Shown here in pieces: positions 35,998-45,108 of a stretch of DNA of 64,000 nt. How positions within the stretch are numbered: the first letter of the stretch is position 1; every line of letters begins with the position of its first letter. The position numbers and the translations under genes are program-made. Source of the DNA: Tidjanibacter sp. (GTDB taxonomy: Bacteria > Bacteroidota > Bacteroidia > Bacteroidales > Rikenellaceae); the NCBI GenBank assembly GCA_045602145.1, contig JAZSAY010000046.1:20329-84328 (forward strand), read 5' to 3'. Under the pieces are notes generated by a model, which had not been told where the DNA came from, ran no database searches, and worked only from the letters and a program-made list of their open reading frames with translations.

Positions 35998-36230
35998 ACC
36001 CACATAGATTCCAAGAATTGTTTGACGAAACTACCGAATCGTCATAGGTGAGAGCTCCGTATTATATATCGCAAACGTCCAACGGCATCGGATGGATTTC
36101 CGGGTTGTGCATACCCCACCATCGGACACTCCCCCTTGCGGGGTTACCTAGGCCTGTTTTTGACACTACGAGTAACTCTCAATTTTTTAAGTGTTGAGTT
36201 TCGCAAATCTGAAATGGAATCAATGCGGGT
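35998..36230 (-). ncRNA. ssrS: 6S RNA (6S-Flavo/Bacteroidetes type)
   Basis: Closing stem ACCCGCATTGATTCCA/TGGAATCTATGTGGGT, GCGAAACT/AGTTTCG stem, A-rich central bubble with AAACTCAACAC; zapA-6S-rny synteny. Confidence 0.8.
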
Positions 36231-36233
36231 AGG

Positions 36234-36398
36234 TTGGGTTGTTGTACAAATTATTTTCGGCTGCTTTTGGAATTCTTTTGGTACCTTCCTCGCCTCTTCT
36301 CAGTTACAATGCCCGCGCATTGCGCCCTCGAAGGAGTCAAGGAATCTACTCAAAATAGTTCCCTAAATTACCTCGAAATAATTTGCACAACCTCCCAA
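36234..36398. other. Long imperfect inverted repeat (rod-shaped hairpin) of unknown nature
   Basis: TTGGGTTGTTGTACAAATTATTTTCG pairs with CGAAATAATTTGCACAACCTCCCAA; inner stems GGAA/TTCC, TTTTG/CAAAA, TTCCT/AGGAA and CAATGC/GCATTG. Confidence 0.6.
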
Positions 36399-36522
36399 TA
36401 TAGATATTTCAATACGACAAATACATATTGAGTTCTATATCTGTCTTTATTCCTTTTGTATGTGTACAAAGAACGTGTTGGTCTTAGAGTGTGCAGCCTT
36501 TGTTATCCTCCCTTGCGCCCCT

Positions 36523-36813
36523 CTATTTGAGTTTTGCGAGGTGCGAGGAGAGCATACGGTCGAGGCGGGTGAGTTCTGCCATATCGTCGTCGAGGCTGCG
36601 TGAGTTTGCCTGCTGCACTTTGCCAAGTGCCAGCAGCAGCGCCGCATAGGCGAGTACCCCCTCGTCGTCGAGTTCGAAGGTCGATTTGATTTTGGAAATC
36701 ATCTCGTTGGTCTCCCTCTCTGCCTTGCGATATAGTTCCTCCTGCGTGCGGTCGATAGTAAAAGGATACTTGCGACCCGCAACCGTAAGGTGTATTTTCA
36801 GTGGTTCTGCCAT
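36523..36813 (-). CDS. zapA: Cell division protein ZapA
   Basis: IHLTVAGRKYPFTI...EELYRKA; position upstream of rny. Confidence 0.88.
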   Translation of the reverse strand: MAEPLKIHLTVAGRKYPFTIDRTQEELYRKAERETNEMISKIKSTFELDDEGVLAYAALLLALGKVQQANSRSLDDDMAELTRLDRMLSSHLAKLK

Positions 36814-36859
36814 ACTGCTTTACCGAAAAAACTAATCTCTCACTCTCTTTTGTATCTAC

Positions 36860-37156
36860 CTACTTACTGACGAGGGCTATGCAACGATCAATCTCCCGCA
36901 TTAGACGATTGATTTGTGCCCTTGCCCTCTTACGCGAGGCGTCATCTGTTGCGCCTCCCACCAGACCTTCGCCGAGCGATTGTAAAGCCACTTTTCTTTC
37001 GGCGGCGTCCAACTTCTCGCGCAGGGAGCGGTTCTCGCTACGGAGTCGTGCGAGCTCTGCTTCGGCTGCTTGCTGCTGGCTCTCGAGGCGGGTGTTTTCC
37101 TCTATCACCCTTGTCACCTTCTCTGCCAGAGAGTTTACGATTTGTTGTTTTGCCAT
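36860..37156 (-). CDS. Coiled-coil protein (ZapB-like) conserved upstream of zapA
   Basis: Heptad pattern; C-terminal ARAQINRLMREIDRCIALV. Confidence 0.8.
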   Translation of the reverse strand: MAKQQIVNSLAEKVTRVIEENTRLESQQQAAEAELARLRSENRSLREKLDAAERKVALQSLGEGLVGGATDDASRKRARAQINRLMREIDRCIALVSK

Positions 37157-37248
37157 TTTACTCGGTCTTACTGTTTTTCTGGTGCAACACACCTAACCAA
37201 TTACAAAGTTAGGAAAAAATTTCGGAATTCAAAATGCAAAATCCAAAA

Positions 37249-38556
37249 TTAACTCGCCACAACCTCGCCATAGAGGTCGTACTCGTCGTAGTCGGTGACG
37301 ACTATATTTACCATATCGCCCTCGGCAAGAGGCTCTGTGGCAGCAACGAGTATCTCCTCGTCAACCTCGGGGCTGTCGTACTGAGAGCGAGTGACGTAGT
37401 AGTCGCCCTCCCTCCTATCGACAATAACCCTCATCGTTTTGCCGACCCTCTCGCCATTGAGTGCCAACGAGATACGCTTTTGTATCTTCATAAGTCTATC
37501 CACCCTCTCCTCCTTGACCTCTTCGGGAACATCGTCCGTAAGGTGGAGTGCCGAGGGGGTACCCTCCTCCTCGGAGTAGGCAAAGGCACCGAGTCTATCA
37601 AAGCGCACCCTCTGCACAAAGTCACACAACTCCTCGAAGTCCTCCTCGCTCTCGCTGGGGAAGCCCACGAGCATTGTGGTGCGGAGTGCAATGTCGGGAA
37701 TCTCGCGCCTCAGGCGTGCCACCAACTCCTCGGTTTCGGCTTTGCTGATGCGGCGGCGCATAGCAGACAGCACATTGTCGGAGATATGTTGCAGGGGGAT
37801 GTCGAGGTACTTACACATCTTGGGTTCGTCCCTGAGCACCTCAATAACATCCTGTGGGAAGTCGGTCGGATAGGCGTAGTGGAGCCTTACCCACTCCACA
37901 CCCTCAATGGCGCACAACCTACGCAGCAACTCCGCCAACTTGCGCTCTCCGTAGAGGTCCTTGCCATAGTATGTGGTATCTTGTGCGATGACGATTATCT
38001 CCTTAACGCCCACAGCAACAAGACCTTCTGCCTCTTCCAAAACCTTCTCCATAGGCACGCTGCGGTGGTTTCCCCTTATGAGCGGAATGGCGCAATAGGC
38101 GCAGTGCCAATTACACCCCTCGCCAATTTTCAGGTAGGCATAGTGGTCGGGGGTTGTCAGCAGTCGGTCGGTTTCCAGCTCGGGCAGATACTCTGCATCC
38201 AGAGCCTCCACAACCTCCTTCAAGGAGCGAGCACCGAAGTAGTCGTCCACCTCAGGAATCTCCTCCCTTAGTTCATCGGCATAGCGTTCACTAAGGCAAC
38301 CCATCACAAAAAGTCTCTCAATCCTGCCCTCAGCCTTAGCCTCGGCACACTCCAAGATGGTCTGTATCGCCTCCTCCTTGGCATCGCCAATGAATCCACA
38401 AGTGTTGATAACCACAATTTTGGCGTCCGTAGAGTTCGAGTCGGTAACTATCTCGTAGCCCGCCTCGTCGAGTTGCGCCATAAGGTGCTCGCTATCCACC
38501 AAGTTCTTCGAGCAACCGAGCGTTATGACGTTAATCTTCTGTTTACGCTGTGCCAT
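37249..38556 (-). CDS. rimO: Ribosomal protein S12 methylthiotransferase
   Basis: TLGCSKNLVDSE, NTCGFI, CNWHCAYC radical-SAM motif, TRAM domain. Confidence 0.95.
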   Translation of the reverse strand: MAQRKQKINVITLGCSKNLVDSEHLMAQLDEAGYEIVTDSNSTDAKIVVINTCGFIGDAKEEAIQTILECAEAKAEGRIERLFVMGCLSERYADELREEIPEVDDYFGARSLKEVVEALDAEYLPELETDRLLTTPDHYAYLKIGEGCNWHCAYCAIPLIRGNHRSVPMEKVLEEAEGLVAVGVKEIIVIAQDTTYYGKDLYGERKLAELLRRLCAIEGVEWVRLHYAYPTDFPQDVIEVLRDEPKMCKYLDIPLQHISDNVLSAMRRRISKAETEELVARLRREIPDIALRTTMLVGFPSESEEDFEELCDFVQRVRFDRLGAFAYSEEEGTPSALHLTDDVPEEVKEERVDRLMKIQKRISLALNGERVGKTMRVIVDRREGDYYVTRSQYDSPEVDEEILVAATEPLAEGDMVNIVVTDYDEYDLYGEVVAS

Positions 38557-38565
38557 ATCGTCCTA

Positions 38566-39588
38566 CTATTTTTTGCCAAAGAGGGCGTTTACATACTCCT
38601 TGCGGTCAAAGACTTTCAGCTGGTCTACACCCTCGCCAATGCCGATGTAGTGTACGGGAATGGAGAATTGGTCGCTAATGCCGATGACCACTCCACCCTT
38701 TGCCGTACCGTCCAACTTGGTAATAGCGAGCGAGTTGACCTTTGTGGCAGCAGTGAATTGGCGTGCCTGCTCAAAGGCGTTCTGCCCCGTTGAGCCATCA
38801 AGCACCAACATCACCTCGTGGGGCGCATCGGGGATGATTTTAGCCATCACGTTGCGAATCTTCGAGAGTTCGTTCATCAGTCCGACCTTGTTGTGCAACC
38901 TGCCGGCAGTATCTATCAACACCACGTCTGCACCGTTTGCCACAGCCGATTTGAGCGTGTCGAAAGCGACTGATGCAGGGTCGGAGCCCATATCCTGACG
39001 TATCATCGTAGCCCCAGCCCTGTCTGCCCACACCTGCAACTGGTCGATAGCCGCAGCACGGAAGGTATCGGCAGCACCGATGTAGACCTTCTTGCCCGCC
39101 TTGCGCAGTTGGGCTGCGAGTTTGCCGATGGTGGTGGTCTTGCCTGCACCATTCACACCCACAACCATCACGACATAGGGGGTACCCTCTGTAATACTCA
39201 GACCGAAGTTTTCGTTCTTCTCTTCGCACTCCTGCAAGAGAACCGAAATCTCCTCGCGCAGGATGTCGTTCAACTCGGCGGAGTTCATATATTTGTCCTT
39301 AGCAACTCGCGCTTCGAGGTTTTTGATAATTTTTACAGTGGTCTCCACACCCACATCGGAAGTGATGAGCACCTCTTCCAACTCGTCGAGGAACTCCTCA
39401 TCGACCTGCGACCTACCTGCCACAGCCCTTGCCAACTTACCAAAGAAACCCTCTTTGGTCTTGCGCAAACCCTCGTCAATCTCCTCTTGCTGAGAGATGG
39501 GCTCAGGTTGCTCTGTTACTACCTCCTCCACTTGGGGAGCCGCTGGCTCCTCGCTCTTGCGTCTTTTGAATATATCAAACAGTGCCAT
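38566..39588 (-). CDS. ftsY: Signal recognition particle receptor
   Basis: GVNGAGKTTTIGKLA, DTFRAAA, DTAGRLHN, TKLDGTAKGG. Confidence 0.97.
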   Translation of the reverse strand: MALFDIFKRRKSEEPAAPQVEEVVTEQPEPISQQEEIDEGLRKTKEGFFGKLARAVAGRSQVDEEFLDELEEVLITSDVGVETTVKIIKNLEARVAKDKYMNSAELNDILREEISVLLQECEEKNENFGLSITEGTPYVVMVVGVNGAGKTTTIGKLAAQLRKAGKKVYIGAADTFRAAAIDQLQVWADRAGATMIRQDMGSDPASVAFDTLKSAVANGADVVLIDTAGRLHNKVGLMNELSKIRNVMAKIIPDAPHEVMLVLDGSTGQNAFEQARQFTAATKVNSLAITKLDGTAKGGVVIGISDQFSIPVHYIGIGEGVDQLKVFDRKEYVNALFGKK

Positions 39589-39631
39589 AATTTTCAAATT
39601 TCAATTGTCAATTTTCAATTCGACAAAAATA

Positions 39632-40513
39632 CTATCTATTTTTGAATTTCCGAACAATCGGGGTTCCTCCGAACAAACTTTCTGCCTCCTCGGGGGAGAG
39701 ATTGTCCCAAAAGGCTCTGTCGTAGTCGGTGGGATTGACCTTGGGGGCGAAGGCGGGATTGCGGTAGAGGGGTGCTGCCTGATTGTGTGGACAGCAGGTC
39801 TGACACTCATCGCAACCAAACACCCAACCTCGGGTGTCGAAGGGCTCATCATGGCTCGCTTCGATGGTACGATTGGAGATGCAGAGGGCAGTTTTTATGG
39901 TACGATTGGGAGCAATTGCGCCCGTTGGGCATCGTAGTAAACAGCGACCACAACCCACACATCCGTCACCCTCGTAGGGCGTGCTGTATTCATCACACTC
40001 CTCGGGCACGACAAGGGCACCGAGCACCATAAACGAGCCGAGCAACGGACTAATAATTAGCGAATTGCGCCCCTGCCAACCAATACCAGCCAGCCTTGCG
40101 AGGCTCTTTTCGGCAAGTGGCACACTATCGACGCATATTTTCACCCTCTTCGGGTCCGTAAAGCCCAATCCGAGAGCCACTTTGCGGAGCATACTGCGCA
40201 GCGTGGTGTGGTAGTCCTCCGAGAGGGCATAGGAGGCAATACGTGCGTCAAAATCGGGCTCATAGCCATCTGAAAAGCGGTTTTTGTAACTCACTGCTCC
40301 CACAATTACGCTCTTTGCACCCGCCAGCAACTCGCGGGCATCGAACCTCTTTTCGACATTGCGGCGCAAGTAGTCCAGGCGGTAGTCACCGCCCTCTGAG
40401 AGCCACCGCTCAAAATGGGCTTTGGCATCGGAGAGTTCTTCGGCACGGACCACTCCCCAAGCATCGAAGCCCGCAAGTGACATCTGTTCGGATATTTTTT
40501 CTCTATTGAGCAT
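39632..40513 (-). CDS. queG: tRNA epoxyqueuosine reductase
   Basis: IASYA..DYH, VDS.P..EK.LA..AGIGW.GRN, CVGCGRCLLRCPTGAI, FGCDECQTCCP. Confidence 0.9.
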   Translation of the reverse strand: MLNREKISEQMSLAGFDAWGVVRAEELSDAKAHFERWLSEGGDYRLDYLRRNVEKRFDARELLAGAKSVIVGAVSYKNRFSDGYEPDFDARIASYALSEDYHTTLRSMLRKVALGLGFTDPKRVKICVDSVPLAEKSLARLAGIGWQGRNSLIISPLLGSFMVLGALVVPEECDEYSTPYEGDGCVGCGRCLLRCPTGAIAPNRTIKTALCISNRTIEASHDEPFDTRGWVFGCDECQTCCPHNQAAPLYRNPAFAPKVNPTDYDRAFWDNLSPEEAESLFGGTPIVRKFKNR

Positions 40514-40655
40514 CCCAAAATTTCTCAAAAATAAATTTACAAAAACGACATTTCGACTACTTTTGCACGCCAAAATGGCTTGACCTTTGGAAGAAAGTCA
40601 TTACCTTTGTAATAATGATTTGGACAATCCAAAGGTAGTAATAAAAGTAGAATTT

Positions 40656-42266
40656 ATGAAATTTGAAACTCTCAAACAACTTTTCGACAATAGCGTAAAA
40701 CGCTTTGCAAAGAACACCGCACTCTCGATGTTCGAGCGCGAGAGTATGACTTATAGCGAGATGGGCGAGCGCGTGGCTTACGTTGGCGAGTTGCTCGTGG
40801 GAGCAGGTCTTTCGGCAGGCGACAAGGTGGTGCTCCTTAGTAGCAGTATGCCCAACTGGGGTGTGTGCTACTTTGCAGCCGTAAATCTCGGTATGGTTAT
40901 CGTTCCCGTGATGAACGACTTTTCGGGTGGTGAGCTCGACAAAATCATCGCCCACTCCGACGCCAAGGCTCTCTGCGTAAGCGATAAACTCTACACAAAA
41001 CTCTCCGAGGAGACCACTCAGCGAATGAATATCATCATCCGCACCAAGAACCTCGGTATCATCAGCCAGACCGTGCACGAGAAGGGTACCCCAAAGATTC
41101 CCGAGCCACAAGATTTGGCAGCTATCATCTACACCTCGGGTACCACCTCCACGCCCAAAGGCGTTATGCACACCCACCGCTCGCTCGCAACGCAGGTCTT
41201 CCTCTGCTACACAATGCAAAACATTGACGAGAACGACATATTTTTCAGCATTCTCCCCTTGGCACACACCTATGAGTGTTCACTTGGTCTGTTGCTGCCT
41301 CTGGGCTATGGTGCACAGGTTGTCTATATGGATCGACCACCCATCGCCTCGGCACTTATGCCCGCCTTCAAGAAGGTGCGCCCAACGATTATGCTCTCCG
41401 TACCTCTCATTATGGAGAAGATTTACAACAGTCAGGTGAAGGCTAAGTTTACCAAGACCAAGTTTATGAGCGCGCTCTACTCCACCGCCCTTTTCCGCAA
41501 ACTCTTCCACCGTTTGGCGGGCATTGCTATGAAGAAACTCTTTGGTGGCAGGATGCGCTTCTTCGGCGTGGGCGGTGCTAAACTGAGCCGCCAGACCGAG
41601 CAGTTTATGCGCGAGGCTAAGTTCCCCTATGCCATTGGCTATGGTCTGACCGAAACAGCACCCCTCATCTATGGTGCCACACCCTTCAAAACCAAGTTGC
41701 AGCAGGTGGGTCTGCCCGCAATCTATGTGGAGGGCAAACTCATCAACGTGAAACCCGAAACGGGCGAGGGCGAGCTGGTTGTTAAGACCCCTTGTATTAT
41801 GGAGGGATACTACAAGAATCCCGAGATTACCAAGGAGGCTTTCACTGAGGACGGGTGGTTCCGCACCAAGGACCTCTGTACCATCGACCCCAAGACGGGC
41901 TACCTTACTATTAAAGGTAGGGCTAACGATATGATTGTAGGCTCGACGGGCGAGAATATCTACCCCGAAGAGATAGAAAGCGTTATCAACTCTCACAATT
42001 TAGTAACCGAATCGATAGTTGTGGCCGATAAAGGTTCGCTTGTGGCTTTGGTAGCGCTCGATAAAGAGAAACTCGAAGAGACTCTTTCGGAGTTCAAGGA
42101 CAACGTACAGGCTAAGTACGACGAACTTATGAAGGAGATTCGCGACTATGTCAATACGCGCGTTGCGAAGTTCGCCCGCGTATCGAAAGTCGAGGAACAG
42201 AAGGAGGGCTTTGAGAAGACCCCTTCGATGAAGATTAAGAGATTTCTCTATAAGAGGGATAAATAA
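40656..42266 (+). CDS. Long-chain fatty acid-CoA ligase (AMP-binding)
   Basis: YTSGTTSTPKGV, GYGLTETAP, GWFRTKD, GENIYPEEIE. Confidence 0.92.
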   Translation: MKFETLKQLFDNSVKRFAKNTALSMFERESMTYSEMGERVAYVGELLVGAGLSAGDKVVLLSSSMPNWGVCYFAAVNLGMVIVPVMNDFSGGELDKIIAHSDAKALCVSDKLYTKLSEETTQRMNIIIRTKNLGIISQTVHEKGTPKIPEPQDLAAIIYTSGTTSTPKGVMHTHRSLATQVFLCYTMQNIDENDIFFSILPLAHTYECSLGLLLPLGYGAQVVYMDRPPIASALMPAFKKVRPTIMLSVPLIMEKIYNSQVKAKFTKTKFMSALYSTALFRKLFHRLAGIAMKKLFGGRMRFFGVGGAKLSRQTEQFMREAKFPYAIGYGLTETAPLIYGATPFKTKLQQVGLPAIYVEGKLINVKPETGEGELVVKTPCIMEGYYKNPEITKEAFTEDGWFRTKDLCTIDPKTGYLTIKGRANDMIVGSTGENIYPEEIESVINSHNLVTESIVVADKGSLVALVALDKEKLEETLSEFKDNVQAKYDELMKEIRDYVNTRVAKFARVSKVEEQKEGFEKTPSMKIKRFLYKRDK

Positions 42267-42284
42267 AACCCCCCTCACACAATG

Positions 42285-42321
42285 AAGAGCCCTCCTCTGG
42301 TTTAGACGGGGGGCTCTTTTT
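42285..42321 (+). terminator. Intrinsic terminator
   Basis: AAGAGCCC...GGGCTCTTTTT. Confidence 0.75.
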
Positions 42322-42324
42322 GTG

Positions 42325-42628
42325 TCAATTGAGGCAAATGCGAGTAAACGAGGGCAGAGCAGGCTTGCACACTATGCTGAGCGGGAGTATTTTAGAGCAG
42401 CCGAAGGCTGGTCAATTGAGAGTTGAGAGTTCTCCCATTTCTCCCATAGCTCTCAGTTCTCCCATATCTCCCATAAGCCCTATATGCCTTATAAGCCTTA
42501 GGACTATTGACGTTAGACGTTAGACGTTAGACATAAAAAGTGGCTCCGCAGTTTGCTGGGCGCAAATGAGGAAGCCACTTTTGAAATTTGGTGCGAAAAG
42601 CACCCACGAGATACGCTCGTCGGTCGGA
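42325..42628. repeat. Repeat mosaic: 9-mer TCTCCCATA repeats, (GACGTTA)n heptamers and family A copy 4 (42536-42607)
   Basis: AAAAGTGGCT-CCGCAG-TTTGC-TGGGC-GCAAA-TGAGGA-AGCCACTTTT then TTTGGTGCGAAAAGCACCC; about 20 nt from the efp stop. Confidence 0.8.
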
Positions 42629-43198
42629 TTACTTAATTCTTTCGTAGTACTCGCGAGTGCGGGTATCTACTCGAATCTTATCGCCAGTATTGATAAACAA
42701 GGGAACCTTAACGGTTGCACCGGTGTTTACGGTTGCGGGTTTGAGGGAGTTGGTCGAAGCGGTATCGCCACGCACACCGGGCTCAGTGTAGGTAACCTCC
42801 ATATCGATGATGGGGGGCAACTCGGCGGTGAGAGCCAACTCTTTCTCGGTGTGGAACATAACCTCCAAAATCTGACCGTCTACCATAAGGTCGGAGTTCT
42901 CGATAAGATCACGAGGAATGGTAATCTCCTCAAAAGTCTCCATATGCATAAGGTGGATACCCAGGTCATCCTCGTAGGTATACTGATAGGGGCGACGCTC
43001 CACGCGAACGGGCTCGATGCGCTCACTTACCGACGAATAGGTTTTGTCGAGTACGCGACCATTTTCGAGGTTTTTGAGTTTGGTGCGGATAAAGGCGGGA
43101 CCTTTACCGGGTTTAACGTGCTGGAAATCGACAACCAGGAAGGTCTTGTTGTCCATATCGATGCACATACCGATTTTGATGTCTGATGCTGTTGCCAT
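42629..43198 (-). CDS. efp: Elongation factor P
   Basis: HVKPGKGPAFIRTKLK, PGVRGDT, VPLFINTGD..DTR..Y.ER. Confidence 0.97.
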   Translation of the reverse strand: MATASDIKIGMCIDMDNKTFLVVDFQHVKPGKGPAFIRTKLKNLENGRVLDKTYSSVSERIEPVRVERRPYQYTYEDDLGIHLMHMETFEEITIPRDLIENSDLMVDGQILEVMFHTEKELALTAELPPIIDMEVTYTEPGVRGDTASTNSLKPATVNTGATVKVPLFINTGDKIRVDTRTREYYERIK

Positions 43199-43295
43199 AG
43201 TATAAAATATGTTTTGTTAGTTTAGATTTCTTCTTGGTTTGTGTGGTGAGCAATGTCGCTCCAAGCGACAAAAGTAATGATTTTTGTCGGATTTC

Positions 43296-43916
43296 CTACA
43301 AATCGGCAGTAATAATCTCACATTTGAGTCCTCGTTTTTGTATCTCTTCGAGAACTCGGGGCAGTGCGTAGAGCATATTTTTGGAGGCTTTTACCGAGTC
43401 GTGAAAGACGATGATGTTGCCTGCACGGAGGTGTCGGGTCACTTTGCGGGCGCAACGAGGGGGCGACACTCGGTGGTCGTAGTCCTCCGAGATGCTGTTC
43501 CACATCACAACGCGCCACCCTTGCGAGCGCATACGGGCAACCTCCGCCATCGTGATACGTCCGTAGGGCGGGCGGAAGAGTCGGGTGTGGGGCAGAAATT
43601 GCCCCGCACGATAGGCGCTTGCCATATAGTTGTCGGTGGAGGTAAGCCAACCGCGGGTGTGGTTGTAGGAGTGGTTGCCTACGGCGTGCCCGCGAGCGAC
43701 TATCTCCTCTACCAGCTCGGGGTACAACTCGGCATTGTTGCCCAAGCAGAAGAAGGTAGCCTTGGCACCATAGTTGTCGAGGATGTCGAGTATCTGCTCG
43801 GTGATTTTGGGCGTAGGACCATCGTCGAAGGTCAGGTAGACGCTCTGGGGACTATCGACCTTCCACAACATTGTGGGCATCATACGCCTTACGAATTTCG
43901 GGAAGTGGAAATACAT
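43296..43916 (-). CDS. Polysaccharide deacetylase (CE4/NodB)
   Basis: YLTFDDGP, GNHSYNH, FRPPYG, IIVFHD. Confidence 0.92.
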   Translation of the reverse strand: MYFHFPKFVRRMMPTMLWKVDSPQSVYLTFDDGPTPKITEQILDILDNYGAKATFFCLGNNAELYPELVEEIVARGHAVGNHSYNHTRGWLTSTDNYMASAYRAGQFLPHTRLFRPPYGRITMAEVARMRSQGWRVVMWNSISEDYDHRVSPPRCARKVTRHLRAGNIIVFHDSVKASKNMLYALPRVLEEIQKRGLKCEIITADL

Positions 43917-44002
43917 TTTTTGGTACCAATTCTGCTTAGCGACGCAAAGGTATAAAGTTTTTTGTATCTTTGTACTCCGTAAGCACAAATCATTCCAAGA
44001 AT

Positions 44003-45010
44003 ATGAAACGTTTTATCAGCCAAATCATTGTAGCGCTCTGTGCTGTTGCAGCTCTCTCTTCGTGCGACTCTGCCACCCTCGGCACCGCACAGCAAAGCGC
44101 GGGAGGTGCCCCCTACGAACTCATAGCCGTTGTTGCCCAGCCCCAATGGGAGGGCGAGGTTGGCGAGACACTCCGCGAGGTCTTCTCCGAACCCGTTTTG
44201 GGGCTCAACGAGGTAGAACCACGCCTGGACCTTATGAGGGTACTGCCATCAGCCTTCGAGGGCTTCATTAAGATTCACCGCAACGTGCTCTACCTGCGCA
44301 TCAACCCCGCAGTGAGCCAGGTGCAGTTCGACCACAAAAAGAGCGCCTATGCCGATGGTCAGATGCTCGTGACGCTCACAGCACCCAACGACAAAGCACT
44401 TGTGGAGTACCTCAAAGAGCACAAAGAGGAACTCCTCACGCTCTACGAACTCTCCGAGAGAGAGCGTGCCTTGAAGATGAACCGCAAGCACAAAGAGGGC
44501 GTGATGGTCGATAAAATCAGAGATATGTTCGGCTTTTCGATAGACCTGCCCCGTGGCTACACCTCGCGTGGTACGAGTGGCGACAGCCTGCTGGTGACAT
44601 CGTTTGAGTACCCCACAGCCACTCAGGGCATTGCCATCTACTCCTACCCCTACAATGGCAAGAGCGACTTCGAAAAGGAGAACCTCATCGCCCAGCGCAA
44701 CAACTTCGTAAAGAATATCCCCGGTCCTTCGGGCAAGTCCTATATGACTACTGTTATGGAGTATGAGCCCGAGGTCAGCTACAAACGCATCGATGGTCGC
44801 TTCTGGGCAGAGATGCGCGGCTTCTGGGACTTGGAGGGCGGCGACTTTATGGGCGGACCTATGCTCTCGTGGAGCACCCTCGACACGGAGAACAACCGAG
44901 TGATCTGCATCGACTGCTACGTCTTCTCGCCCAAGCACGGTCAGCGCGACCTTGTGCGTGGCTTGGAGCACCTTATCTACTCCGTGAAATTCCCTTCGAA
45001 GGAGGAGTAA
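44003..45010 (+). CDS. DUF4837-like lipoprotein
   Basis: Lipobox LSSC; GAPYELI, EPVLGL..EP, IPGP..SYM, EMRGFW..DFMGGP motifs. Confidence 0.75.
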   Translation: MKRFISQIIVALCAVAALSSCDSATLGTAQQSAGGAPYELIAVVAQPQWEGEVGETLREVFSEPVLGLNEVEPRLDLMRVLPSAFEGFIKIHRNVLYLRINPAVSQVQFDHKKSAYADGQMLVTLTAPNDKALVEYLKEHKEELLTLYELSERERALKMNRKHKEGVMVDKIRDMFGFSIDLPRGYTSRGTSGDSLLVTSFEYPTATQGIAIYSYPYNGKSDFEKENLIAQRNNFVKNIPGPSGKSYMTTVMEYEPEVSYKRIDGRFWAEMRGFWDLEGGDFMGGPMLSWSTLDTENNRVICIDCYVFSPKHGQRDLVRGLEHLIYSVKFPSKEE

Positions 45011-45108
45011 GGAGCAATAGGAAGGGCAAGGGTGACAGGGCATTAACGTCCTTAAAATCCTTAAAGTTTTCGGGCTCGGCAACATTGCCGAGCCCGCGAC
45101 TTTTGACG

